DNA of 64,000 bases from contig CAYNCT010000002.1 in assembly GCA_964396005.1 (NCBI GenBank), forward strand, positions 948-64,947, in the 5' to 3' direction. This document shows positions 50,563 to 60,258 of this stretch, in pieces. The DNA is from an uncultured Verrucomicrobiota bacterium (GTDB taxonomy: Bacteria > Verrucomicrobiota > Verrucomicrobiia > Limisphaerales > J093). Under the pieces are notes generated by a model. The model had not been told where the DNA came from and searched no databases. It saw only the letters and a program-made list of their open reading frames with translations. The translations under genes were made by a program, and so were the position numbers. Each line of letters starts with the position of its first letter. Within the stretch, counting starts at the first letter, position 1.

Positions 50563-51333
50563 TCAAGGCGCCAGACCTGCCGCCCAGGCCGTGCCGCGCC
50601 GCAGCAACGTGCCCACCTCCGTGTTATACGACCGCGCATCGTGGCCCAGCGTACAGTGGAACACCCGGCCCCGGCCGTGCTCGCGCACAAACGTCATCGG
50701 GTAGTCTTTGCTGTCCACCTTGGACTTCGCCGTGGCCAGGACCCGGATCGGGGCGTCGCCTTCCAGGCACGTATAGAGCTCGTCGAGGGTCTGGAAGTCC
50801 TTGAACCCTGCCGTCACGGGATGGTCGGGGTCCGTGATTTTCACCGTGAACGTGCCGTGCGGGTCGTGCTGGCGACCGCCGTTTGGACCGAACCAGGCCC
50901 GGCCGGCGAGGTTCTTGAACTCCGGCCATTCGCCATACCACGCCCCGCACGCGAAATGCGTCAGCACCAACCCGCCGCCGTTGGCCACGAAGCGGCGCAG
51001 ATTCTCGCGCGCCGTCGGACCCGGTCCGGGAACCTCCCAGTTCTGGAAGTGGATAATCACGGCGGCGTAGTTGGTGAGCGCGGCGGAGTCGAGCAGATAC
51101 GGGTCTTCGATCACGGTGACGGCCAGCCGCCGGTCCTGTTCAAGGTGGCTTCGCAACACCGGGGCCGTCTCGCGCCAAGGGTGACCGGGGTGATCAATGC
51201 CCGTCACGAGCAGGACGCGGGAAGGCCGGAAAGCCTCGGCACCGTGTGTCAGAGCGAGCATGGCCGTGACGAGCAGGCAAACGGCAGGCATGGCGCGGCG
51301 CACGGAGCGCCGGGTGTCAGACGTGGAGTTCAT
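50563..51333 (-). CDS. ThuA domain-containing protein (class I glutamine amidotransferase-like fold), secreted
   Basis: Signal peptide. Contains RVLLVTG.DH..H.W, GGGLVLTHFA and RVFHCTLGHD. Confidence 0.8.
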   Translation of the reverse strand: MNSTSDTRRSVRRAMPAVCLLVTAMLALTHGAEAFRPSRVLLVTGIDHPGHPWRETAPVLRSHLEQDRRLAVTVIEDPYLLDSAALTNYAAVIIHFQNWEVPGPGPTARENLRRFVANGGGLVLTHFACGAWYGEWPEFKNLAGRAWFGPNGGRQHDPHGTFTVKITDPDHPVTAGFKDFQTLDELYTCLEGDAPIRVLATAKSKVDSKDYPMTFVREHGRGRVFHCTLGHDARSYNTEVGTLLRRGTAWAAGLAP

Positions 51334-51658
51334 GCGCGGGAACGTTTCCGATGACCTCGCGAGACGGTCAAGCTCCGACCGGACTGGCGGGCGGTTGATC
51401 GGCTGATGTTCGAGATTCCCGCCCCCGGCTGCCAGCCCCGTTCGGAGAGCGCTGGGCAGGGAGCGAAATCATGCGGCAGCCGCCCAGCGGTTTGCCGTCA
51501 CTGTGATGGGCCGAGAGGAACTCGTGAGCCCTCAATCACCTTGTCACTTGTTTCAACAGTGAGGACTGACTCTCTCACTTTCCCCTTGTCAACGGCAGCA
51601 TCCTGCCAAATCTGCCACCCACGAACGGCTACAACCTAAATTCAACGACCGAGTTCTC

Positions 51659-52510
51659 ATGTCACAACCAATGCCATCTATGTTGAGGAAGCGTCGTTTT
51701 CGCAGGTCGGCTTTGTGGGCCATCCCCCTGTTGGTGGGGGCGAGCGCAAGTGCCCAACCGCTGGATCTCAGCCTTGAAATCGAGGCAGTCTATTGGCCGG
51801 GCTACCCGGGCGGCGTCCAATATCGGGCGACCGTTTTTCTCAGCGGCGGAGTCGTTCCGGGCGGGTACGATGGGGTGGGTAGCCTGCTCAGTCCCAATAA
51901 CGTTTGGGCCGTCGGCGTTAATTCCAGCCAGACTCTGACGTTTAGTTCGCTAGCGGCGCTTAAGACCGGCATGGACGCGGTGGCGCCATGGACAATCACT
52001 TTCTTCCCCTCCTCGGGACCGGACTACGTTGCTTCGATCCCGCTGAATATTGACCCGCTGGCCGAGACGGAATTCCCACTCATGAGCATCACCTCGCCTC
52101 CCGACGGAGCGGGCGGGGTGTTGCCCACAACTGCACTTCAATGGACTGCGCCGTCAGGATATGGCGATGGACCATTCTACTTGTTGAACACGCCGGCAAC
52201 GCCGGTCGAACCCGATTACTCGGGAGGTCTGCCGGCGGGAACCACCAGTTATACTCCGCCGGCACCGCTTGGCTCCGGCATGTGGGGTGCCTTGGTCTCC
52301 TATACCAAATTAGCGCCGTCCGGAATCGGCTTCCAGGTCGCGCCAGCAGACGCGTCGTTGGTCTCCGCGAGTGGCTTCTTGTTGGACTCCGCCTCCAGTG
52401 GGTTCAACGTCATCCCTGAGCCGAGCACTTGGGCGGTGATCACGGGTGGGGCCTTGGCCGTGTTTGGTCTGGTGCGCCGCATCTCGTCAGAACGACGCAG
52501 TCAATCCTGA
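51659..52510 (+). CDS. PEP-CTERM sorting-domain protein
   Basis: N-terminal signal (ALWAIPLLVGASASA). The C-terminus IPEPSTWAVITGGALAVFGLVRRISSERR gives the PEP motif, a TM segment and a basic tail. GC is lower than in the flanks. Confidence 0.8.
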   Translation: MSQPMPSMLRKRRFRRSALWAIPLLVGASASAQPLDLSLEIEAVYWPGYPGGVQYRATVFLSGGVVPGGYDGVGSLLSPNNVWAVGVNSSQTLTFSSLAALKTGMDAVAPWTITFFPSSGPDYVASIPLNIDPLAETEFPLMSITSPPDGAGGVLPTTALQWTAPSGYGDGPFYLLNTPATPVEPDYSGGLPAGTTSYTPPAPLGSGMWGALVSYTKLAPSGIGFQVAPADASLVSASGFLLDSASSGFNVIPEPSTWAVITGGALAVFGLVRRISSERRSQS

Positions 52511-52778
52511 GTCAGCCGACGGAAGCGGTGTTCAGCACGCCACGACCGGCTGCCGAGCACCGCGCATTTCCGGTCTCGCTGGGAGGAAAAGGCTCCTGGT
52601 TGGCCAGCCGAGCGTTACTTCAGCCGGCCACGGGTCCATGCCGGGGCGAGACAAGGGGCAGTCCTCACTATTGACACCGCACTGCTTGGCACGTTGTGGG
52701 TGATGCCTAACTCAGTCGCTCCTGGGTCGCGGTTCGCTCCACAGTGGCACGTCCCAGCCTCGCACACATTCGGCGACC

Positions 52779-54122
52779 TCAAATCATCTTCGTTCTTCCC
52801 GGCACCGGCACCGGGTAGATGCCGTCGGGGCCGGGTGTGACGGGCGGTTCCATGCCGTCGTGGCAGTCTTCGGGCTTGTTGGTGAGGTAGAAGTCAGAGG
52901 CGTTGATTTGCTCCCAGTCCACTTCCTTGCCGGTGTAGCAGGAGACCTGGCCCATCACGGTGGTCATGGTGCTGTCCACGAGGTAATCGCCGTTGTTGAT
53001 CGGGTTGCCCGACCGGATGGCCGCGAAGAGCCGGTCGTGCTCGATCTGGTACGGATCGAGTTGGTGCGGGTCGTTGCCCGTCGGCCGCCAGCGCCAGGGT
53101 TTCTCGCCCTGGATGCGGCAGGCAGTGATGTCGGCGCGCCCCTTGGTGCCCCAGATGAGGCTGGAGGATTCGTCGTAGCAGCCAGTGGTGGTCCGGCAGA
53201 AGGCGTAGATGCGAACGTTGTTCGGGAACTCGTAGATCACCGAGTGGTGATCGAAGACGTCGCCGTAGATGGGCTCGGTCATCGAAGAACGCCCGCCCAG
53301 GCCGTGGCACTTGATCGGGAGGGCCTCCTTCAGGGCCCAGCGGGCTCGGTCCAGGTTGTGGACGAGCGACTGCGGCACGTCGTCGCCGGAGAGCCAGCGG
53401 AAGTGGTACTGCGTGCTGCATTGCCACTCGAGTTCGCTCAGGCCCGGCTTGCGGTCGGTGACGCCGTAGGGCGCCCGGAGGAAGTTTTCCTCGATGCTGA
53501 CGATGTCGCCAATCTCGCCGTCGTGGATGCGCCTCACGGTCTCGGCGTAGCCGGGGTGGTAGCGGCTGTGCAGGCCGGAGACGATGCTGAGCTTCTTCTC
53601 GCGCGCCAGTTCGCAGGCCCGGCGCATCATCTTGACCGTGTAGGGATCAATGCCGTGCGGCTTCTCGACGAACACGTGTCGGCCCGCCTGAATGGCCGCG
53701 AGCGACTGGAGCGGATGGAACTTGGCGGCGTTGGCAATGCACACGACGTCGCTCAACTCGATGACGCGTTTGTAGGCATCGAAGCCGGTGAGGCAGTTCG
53801 CGTCCGGCACTTGTACGGCATCGGCCCGGCCGGCTTTCGTGAGCTCGGCCGCGATGTGCTGCCGGGCGTTCTTCACGCGGTCCATGAAAATGTCGCAGAT
53901 GGCGACCAGCCGGGTGCCGGGGTCGGCCTTGAGGGCCTGGGCGCCAGCGCCGGTGTTACGGCCCCCCGCGCCGATCATGCCCACCTTGATCACGTCGCTG
54001 CCGGCGGCGTGGGCAAAGCGGCTGACGCTGAGGCTGGCAAGGCTGACCGAGGCGGCCGCCGTGGCGGAGGTTTTGAGGAAGTCGCGGCGTGGAATGGAGC
54101 GGAGGTGGGACGTGGTGTTCAT
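52779..54122 (-). CDS. Gfo/Idh/MocA family oxidoreductase with a Tat-type signal
   Basis: Twin-arginine context (RRDFLKTSATAAASVSLASL) and Rossmann motif (IKVGMIGAGGRN). ATG at 54122. Confidence 0.85.
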   Translation of the reverse strand: MNTTSHLRSIPRRDFLKTSATAAASVSLASLSVSRFAHAAGSDVIKVGMIGAGGRNTGAGAQALKADPGTRLVAICDIFMDRVKNARQHIAAELTKAGRADAVQVPDANCLTGFDAYKRVIELSDVVCIANAAKFHPLQSLAAIQAGRHVFVEKPHGIDPYTVKMMRRACELAREKKLSIVSGLHSRYHPGYAETVRRIHDGEIGDIVSIEENFLRAPYGVTDRKPGLSELEWQCSTQYHFRWLSGDDVPQSLVHNLDRARWALKEALPIKCHGLGGRSSMTEPIYGDVFDHHSVIYEFPNNVRIYAFCRTTTGCYDESSSLIWGTKGRADITACRIQGEKPWRWRPTGNDPHQLDPYQIEHDRLFAAIRSGNPINNGDYLVDSTMTTVMGQVSCYTGKEVDWEQINASDFYLTNKPEDCHDGMEPPVTPGPDGIYPVPVPGRTKMI

Positions 54123-54223
54123 GGTTGCGATGCGGACGATGCAGGAATTGACGACGGCTGGGAGAAGGGGATTCAAGGCGGCGCGGCCCTCGCGTATCCG
54201 GCCTGGAGGCGGGGGCGGGGACT

Positions 54224-55882
54224 TCAGGCGTAGTCAAAGTATTCCGCCTCGAAGACGCATCGCTGGATCCACGCCGGAACATCGTCAGGGCGTGGTTCGC
54301 GCGCCAAACCGGTGTCCCAGGCCATTCGGGCGACCGCGGCCGCGATGCGGAGCGACACCTCGCGAATTCGGGTCAACGAGGGGTAGATTCGCCCCGCTGC
54401 GAGCTCGTCGTCGGTGGTGGCAGCGGCGAGGATTTCGGACGCCGCGAGGAACATGTCGTCCGTGACCCGGCTCGCCCGGCATGCCAGCGCTCCCAAGCCG
54501 ATGCCGGGGAAGACATAGACATTGTTGCCCTGGCCGGGCACGAGGGTGCGGCCGTTCAGGGTTACCGGCGCGAACGGGCTGCCGCTGGCGAAGATCGCGC
54601 GGCCTTCGGTCGCGGTGTAGGCCTCCGCGGCGGTGCATTCCGATCTCGAGGTAGGGTTGGACAGGGCAAAGACGATCGGGCGCGGGTTGAGGGCTGCGAG
54701 GGCTGCGAGAACCTCGGGCGTAAAGGCGCGCCCCGCGCCAGCCACGCCGATCAAGGCGGTCGGGCGTAGCGACTGCACGGCGCTGAACAGGTCTGTGAGG
54801 GGTTCCGCCGCGTGGGCGTAGGGTCGCTTCTGCGGGCCCAGCGTCGCCAGTCGCGATTGCACGATCAGCCCTTTGGAATCCATGAACCAGCACGCCTGGC
54901 GGGCTTGCGCCTCGGGGATTCCCTGCCGTCCGGCCGCGCGCACGAACAGATTCGCGATCCCCAGCCCGGCCTCGCCCGCGCCGTAAAAAAGGAGTCGCTG
55001 CGCGGCCAGCGTCTGGCCGGTGAGGCGCAACGCCGCCAACAAGCCGCCCAGCGCCACGCTGGCAGTGCCCTGGATATCGTCATTGAACATGCAGACGCGG
55101 TCGCGATAGCGCTCGAGGAGCGCGAAGGCGTTGTGGTTGCCGAAGTCCTCGAACTGGAGGAGCGCATCGGGGAACACCTCTTGCACGCTCTCGACGAACT
55201 CCTCCAGGAACGCCTCGTACTCGGGCCCGCGCACACGCCGTTGTCGCAGGCCAATGTACATGGGATCGGCCAGCACTTGCTCGTTGTCCGTGCCCACATC
55301 CAGGGTGATGGGCAGACAGTACGAGGGATGCACCCCGGCACAGGCGGTGTACAGCGAGAGTTTGCCGATGGGAATGCCCATGCCCAGGGCGCCGAGGTCA
55401 CCCAGCCCGAGGATGCGCTCCCCGTCCGTCACGACCACCAGCCGCACATCTTCCATCGGCCAATGCCGCAGGACCTCGCGGATGCGCCCCCGCTCGCGAA
55501 TGCTGATCCACAGGCCGCGGGGCCGGCGGAAGATGCTGCCGAACTCCAGGCAGGCCTGGCCGACGGTGGGCGTGTAAATCACGGGCATCATCTCTTCGAG
55601 ATGAGTCAGCAACAGCCGGTAAAACAAGGTCTCGTTGCGCGCCTGGAGTGTGGTCAGCACGATGTACTGATCGAGGTCGTTAGTTTTGCGGCGGAAGATG
55701 CCCAGGGCGCTGGCCAGTTGCTCCTCGATCGTAAAGATTCGCGGCGGCAGCAGACCCCGGAGGCCGAGGGCGTCCCGCTCGCGCTCGCTGTAGGCCGTGC
55801 CCTTGTTGAGCAGGCTGTTGTTGAGGAGTTGAACGCCCCGGGGAAAGGGCACGTAGCCAGAAGGGGAGATCGGCGCTCGCAT
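54224..55882 (-). CDS. NAD(P)-dependent malic enzyme
   Basis: Contains LLNKGTAYSERERD..GL.GLLPP, VYTPTVG, VVTDGERILGLGDLG, FNDDIQGTA and FYGAGEAG. Confidence 0.9.
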   Translation of the reverse strand: MRAPISPSGYVPFPRGVQLLNNSLLNKGTAYSERERDALGLRGLLPPRIFTIEEQLASALGIFRRKTNDLDQYIVLTTLQARNETLFYRLLLTHLEEMMPVIYTPTVGQACLEFGSIFRRPRGLWISIRERGRIREVLRHWPMEDVRLVVVTDGERILGLGDLGALGMGIPIGKLSLYTACAGVHPSYCLPITLDVGTDNEQVLADPMYIGLRQRRVRGPEYEAFLEEFVESVQEVFPDALLQFEDFGNHNAFALLERYRDRVCMFNDDIQGTASVALGGLLAALRLTGQTLAAQRLLFYGAGEAGLGIANLFVRAAGRQGIPEAQARQACWFMDSKGLIVQSRLATLGPQKRPYAHAAEPLTDLFSAVQSLRPTALIGVAGAGRAFTPEVLAALAALNPRPIVFALSNPTSRSECTAAEAYTATEGRAIFASGSPFAPVTLNGRTLVPGQGNNVYVFPGIGLGALACRASRVTDDMFLAASEILAAATTDDELAAGRIYPSLTRIREVSLRIAAAVARMAWDTGLAREPRPDDVPAWIQRCVFEAEYFDYA

Positions 55883-55955
55883 CGGACCTTCAGGCTGCGC
55901 CGTTTGGCGGCGGGAAGCAAGGGCATCGGCGGCGGTCAAGCTCCGGGTTTCCGGC

Positions 55956-56996
55956 TCAGAAGAACACGGAGACCGTGATCGCGCCGAACCGGGACTCTGC
56001 TTGCTGCGCCTCGAACTCCTTCCCCCAAATCACGTAGGTAAAGGTGGCCTGGAGGTGTTTGAACCAGACCGAGAGCCCCAATTCCGCCGACGCAAAGGCC
56101 GGTTCCTTGTCCACGCTGGGACTGTCGCGGAAGGTGCTGCCGTCGAGGGTGAGATTGCGGGCCACGAGGTTGCCGGAGCCGCCGGCAAAGACATACGCTC
56201 CGTGCCGCCGGCACTCCGAGCGATCCGTGCCGCACCTGGGAAACGGCAGATTGCCGATGCCGCGCATCAAGGTGGTCCCGAAATCGTCGGGGAGGTTGTT
56301 GCCGAAGCGCACCTGCCCGCACACCTGGGCCTGGATGAGGACATTCCCCAACATGCCGCCCACCATGGGAATCGCCTCGGCGCCCCAGCCTCCCGGTTGT
56401 CCCAGGATCGGGACGCGGCGGCGATGTTCGTACACCAGATTGAAGATCGGCTCGTTTTCCAACTGGTAATCCCAGCCCCGGGGCAAGGTGCTGCCGACCA
56501 TTTCATGCACCCAGGTCTGCGCCTCTTCCGCCAGCGACCACGGGCCGACCACGCCGGTGATGAACTTCAGCCCGTGAAACTGGTTGTCGCGGGCGTAGAG
56601 GGTGGACACGGCGCCGAACAACATGCCGGCGTAGGGACGGTCTTGCGGGTCGGGCGGGGCCAGACTGATGTCGGCTGGCGTCACAATGACCTGACCCAAC
56701 TCGTAGCTGGAAATCCGCCGACCCTCGGAGGCGCCAAACCAATCCCAGACGCCGCCCAACCAGCCCCGGCCCTCGTGGGAAAAGGCGAGGGAGATGCCGT
56801 TGGAATAATTCTCGTCCCGATCCGCCAGCGCGTCGTTTTCCCAACGCAGGGAAATCGCGCTGCGCGGCTCGCGGGCGGCGGGCAGGACGGGCGGGCGGTC
56901 GGTTGCGTCCGCGTCCAGGTCCCCGGAATTCGGGCTCGCGAGAACCACCGCGCCGGACGCGGCGGCGAGCCACAGCAAGAGCCACTGCATACTCAT
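55956..56996 (-). CDS. lpxR: Lipid A deacylase LpxR family (DUF2219) outer-membrane protein
   Basis: Signal peptide. Contains ISLRWENDALADRDENYSNGISLAFS and a terminal aromatic residue (ITVSVFF). Confidence 0.75.
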   Translation of the reverse strand: MSMQWLLLWLAAASGAVVLASPNSGDLDADATDRPPVLPAAREPRSAISLRWENDALADRDENYSNGISLAFSHEGRGWLGGVWDWFGASEGRRISSYELGQVIVTPADISLAPPDPQDRPYAGMLFGAVSTLYARDNQFHGLKFITGVVGPWSLAEEAQTWVHEMVGSTLPRGWDYQLENEPIFNLVYEHRRRVPILGQPGGWGAEAIPMVGGMLGNVLIQAQVCGQVRFGNNLPDDFGTTLMRGIGNLPFPRCGTDRSECRRHGAYVFAGGSGNLVARNLTLDGSTFRDSPSVDKEPAFASAELGLSVWFKHLQATFTYVIWGKEFEAQQAESRFGAITVSVFF

Positions 56997-57278
56997 GGTC
57001 GAAAATCTACACGCGCGCCGCAGCGTGCCAGCTTTTCCTCCGGTGCACCGTGCGGCGCCGATCCTGGGCCGGGCTGCTGCCCGCCGGCAATTCCCCGCTG
57101 GCCGGCCATGCGCCCGCGCTCAAGGACCGAGCCGCGACGCCCTCGAACGTTACAGACCGGTTGCCGGCTCAACTGGCGTGCCGAAGAAGTCGCGGCAAAC
57201 CCGCGGGCGGTGCGCACGCGAAGAATGCCTTTCCAAGCCGCCGTCAATCCGTAGGCTTCCGCGAACTGCCCGAAACAC

Positions 57279-58049
57279 ATGAAGCTGGCCGGTTCAAGCC
57301 CGTTTCCGGAAACGCCCGTGCGAGCGCCGTTGGCGCGCCGACGCACGCGCGGCGGCGGTTTCACTTTGATCGAGCTGTTGGTGGTCATCGCGATCATTGC
57401 CCTGCTCGCGTCGCTGCTGCTGCCGGTCCTGGGCCGCGCCCGGGCCCGGAGCCAGGTCACTGTCTGCCAAAATCACTTGCGCCAGTTGGGCCTGGCCCTG
57501 GTGCTGTACGCGGATGATTTCCGCGGCGTCCTTCCGCCCCGGACGGATCAGCAGCGCTGGCCCACGCAACTCAAGCCGTTCTACCGCGACCTGCGGATTC
57601 TGACCTGTCCCGCCGACGCGCCCAAGATTCAGCGGTCCACCGCCGCGCCGGTCCGGGAGCCGCAACCGGACGCGGCCCGGCGGAGCTTCATCATCAACGG
57701 CTGGAACGACTACTTCCTCGACGTGCTCAAGCTCCCGTTCAGTGGCATTGGCGGCCGGAGCATTCCGGAAAGCGCGATCACCCAGCCGGCGCAGACGATT
57801 GTTTTTGGCGAGAAGGTGACGGGCTCAAATCACTTCTACATGGACTGCTTTGAGGGGCAGGGAAACGACGTGGACCAGATCGAGCGGGCCCGCCATCTGG
57901 CCAGCGGCCGGCCACCCACCGCCGGTTACTCGAACTACGCGTTTGCCGACGGCAGCGCGCGGCTGGTCAAGCGCGGCCAACTGCTCTACCCGCTCAATCT
58001 TTGGATGGTCACCGACCACTGGCGCGCCCACCGCGTCTTCAGCAAGTAG
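57279..58049 (+). CDS. Prepilin-type N-terminal cleavage/methylation domain protein (DUF1559-like)
   Basis: Contains [26 protein letters not shown] and the C-terminal FADGSARL. Confidence 0.85.
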   Translation: MKLAGSSPFPETPVRAPLARRRTRGGGFTLIELLVVIAIIALLASLLLPVLGRARARSQVTVCQNHLRQLGLALVLYADDFRGVLPPRTDQQRWPTQLKPFYRDLRILTCPADAPKIQRSTAAPVREPQPDAARRSFIINGWNDYFLDVLKLPFSGIGGRSIPESAITQPAQTIVFGEKVTGSNHFYMDCFEGQGNDVDQIERARHLASGRPPTAGYSNYAFADGSARLVKRGQLLYPLNLWMVTDHWRAHRVFSK

Positions 58050-58152
58050 CCGGGAGCCGGCCGCCCGTTGTCGCCGGTCGGCCTGCCGCGGGCGGAACCG
58101 GTCCCGGGGCGCGGCTTTGACTCCGCGGCGGGTTTGCTTACAGTCCGCCGCG

Positions 58153-59244
58153 ATGCGCCTCGTCAAGGTTCCTCTCGGGGAACGGAGTTACTCGATCCGA
58201 ATCGGCGCCGGGTTGCTGCCCCAACTCGGCGCAGCGTGCGCGCGGCTGAAACTGGGGCGGCGGTGCGCGATCATCGCCGACACGAATGTGGCCCCGCGGT
58301 TCGCGGCAAGGGCGCAAGCGGCTCTGGAGGCGGCCGGATTCCAACCGGTGTTGCTCACCGTGCCCGCGGGTGAGACGGCCAAAAGCCTGGCCACGGTGCG
58401 GCGGTGCTACGATCAACTGGCGGCCGCCCGGCTGGAGCGCCGGTCATTTGTGGTGGCGCTGGGCGGCGGCGTCGTGGGCGATCTGGCGGGCTTCGTGGCG
58501 GCCACGTATCTCCGCGGTGTCCCGTTCGTCCAGGTTCCCACCACGCTGCTCGCGCAAGTGGACAGTTCCGTGGGGGGCAAGGTGGGCGTGAACTTGCGCG
58601 CCGGGAAGAATCTCGTGGGCGCGTTCCATCAGCCGCGGGCCGTACTCTGCGATTTGGACACGCTGCGGACGCTGCCGGAGCGCGAGTATCGCGCCGGGCT
58701 GGCGGAGGTGCTCAAGTACGGGATCATCCGGGACGCGGCGTTTTTTCTGCGACTCGAGCGCGAGCTGCCGCGCTTGCTGGCGCGCGAGGCCGGGACTCTG
58801 GCCGCGGTGGTCGCGCGGTGTTGCGAAATCAAGGCGGCGGTGGTGGGTGAGGACGAAACGGAGTCCGGTCTGCGCGCGATCCTGAACTTCGGCCACACGT
58901 TCGGCCACGCACTCGAGGCCGTCTCCCGGTACGGGCGCTATCTGCACGGCGAGGCGATTGCCATTGGCCAGGTCGCCGCCGCGCGGCTTTCCACCGCGCT
59001 GCTCGGTTTCCCGGAGGCTGAAGCGGAGCGGATTCGCGCGTGGTTCGCGCGCGCGGGGTTGCCGACCACGCTCCGGCTGAGCGCGGCCGGGCAGGCGGCA
59101 GTGCTGGACGCCATGCGCCTCGACAAGAAGGTCAGCGGCGGCGAGGTGAAGTTCGTGCTCGCCCGCCGGGTGGGCGAGGTGGTCTGGGGCCAGGCGGTCC
59201 CGGACGATTTGATCCGCCGCACGCTGGCGGGGATGCGGGAGTAG
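58153..59244 (+). CDS. aroB: 3-dehydroquinate synthase
   Basis: Contains GE..K....V......L......R.S.VVALGGGVVGDLAGF.AATYLRGV.FVQVPTTLLAQVDSSVGGK and NFGHTFGHA.E. ATG at 58153. Confidence 0.9.
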   Translation: MRLVKVPLGERSYSIRIGAGLLPQLGAACARLKLGRRCAIIADTNVAPRFAARAQAALEAAGFQPVLLTVPAGETAKSLATVRRCYDQLAAARLERRSFVVALGGGVVGDLAGFVAATYLRGVPFVQVPTTLLAQVDSSVGGKVGVNLRAGKNLVGAFHQPRAVLCDLDTLRTLPEREYRAGLAEVLKYGIIRDAAFFLRLERELPRLLAREAGTLAAVVARCCEIKAAVVGEDETESGLRAILNFGHTFGHALEAVSRYGRYLHGEAIAIGQVAAARLSTALLGFPEAEAERIRAWFARAGLPTTLRLSAAGQAAVLDAMRLDKKVSGGEVKFVLARRVGEVVWGQAVPDDLIRRTLAGMRE

Positions 59245-59246
59245 CG

Positions 59247-59891
59247 ATGGCTGTCAGCGAAACCATCGTCCGCGAGTTTTTCGAGTCCCACGGGTTCCTC
59301 GTCCACCAGCGGCGCAAACATCTCTCGCCCAAGGCGCGGGCGGACGAAGGAATTGACTTCCTGGTGCTTAATCCCCGGCCGGTCAGGGCCGAGGGCGCGT
59401 TGCCGTTTGTGTTGACCTCCCCCGATCTGGCGCGCGTGGAGCGGGCGGTGGTGGTGGTGAAAGCGTGGCATACCGAGACGTTCAGCCCGGCGCGGCTGAC
59501 CGGGACGCCGGAGCTGTTCCGCTTCCTGGAGCCGGCGGTTTTCAAGCGCGCACAGCGGTTTTTCGGCGACGGCCAGCCGCTGACGAAAATCCTGGTCGTG
59601 CCCGCCCTGCCTGCCAGCGAGGGAGCGCGAGAGCAGAGCGTCACCCTGCTGCGGGGGAAAGGGGTCGAGGCGGTCATTCCGTTTCGCACGCTGCTGGCCG
59701 ACCTGATCGCCACCGTCGAGCCCAACCGCAATTACCAGAAATCCGACCTGCTCCAAATCCTGCGGGTGCTCAAGAATTACGACTTTTTCCGCGAGCCGCA
59801 GATGGAGTTGTTCAAGCCGCGCCGCCGGGTGCGCGCCGGCCGACGGCGGCCGGTGGCCCAGCCACCCGCGGAGCCCACCGCGCCGGCCTGA
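59247..59891 (+). CDS. Hypothetical protein translationally adjacent to aroB
   Basis: 214 aa. The ATG is 2 nt after the aroB stop. The N-terminal ~90 aa show an alpha-beta-beta-beta pattern with E6, D36 (IDFLV) and K71 (VVVVKAW), faintly reminiscent of a PD-(D/E)xK-like fold. The C-terminus is basic. Confidence 0.55.
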   Translation: MAVSETIVREFFESHGFLVHQRRKHLSPKARADEGIDFLVLNPRPVRAEGALPFVLTSPDLARVERAVVVVKAWHTETFSPARLTGTPELFRFLEPAVFKRAQRFFGDGQPLTKILVVPALPASEGAREQSVTLLRGKGVEAVIPFRTLLADLIATVEPNRNYQKSDLLQILRVLKNYDFFREPQMELFKPRRRVRAGRRRPVAQPPAEPTAPA

Positions 59892-60174
59892 GCCGGAACG
59901 CAGCATGCGGTTTTTGGTGGAACGGCCAACGTGGCCGTTCTGGGCGGCAACCGGCCGCCCAGCCGGGCGCATGGCAGCCCCACACCCTCAACCGGAACGA
60001 TGCAGAGCGCGCTCGCCCCGGGCGCGGCGGGCCGCGCCGCGCGGCCTGCTCGGGCCGACGAGATGGTTTCACCCTTGGGCGCATCATCGTGCGCTCGGGT
60101 TCGGCGCGACGGTGCGCCGAGCCACGGCCGGGGCGGCTGTGCTCCCGGAGCGTTCCAGTTGAATCCTTCCGGCC
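59892..60174. repeat. Composite intergenic repeat: module A in reverse orientation (59892..60005) followed by module B in forward orientation (about 59990..60174)
   Basis: It starts immediately after the TGA at 59889..59891. Hairpins are acggcca-acg-tggccgt and ctgggcggc-aaccg-gccgcccag. The module B core (gacgagatggtttcacccttgggcgcatcatcgtgcgctcggg) and the terminus (ccagttgaatccttccggcc) are both present. Confidence 0.8.
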
Positions 60175-60258
60175 TTAGGGCATCCGGAGCGGAACACCAC
60201 GCGATCCGGGCAGGGCGGTGGTTTCCCCTCGACCGGGGGTCGGCCCCGGCGATCCCGG

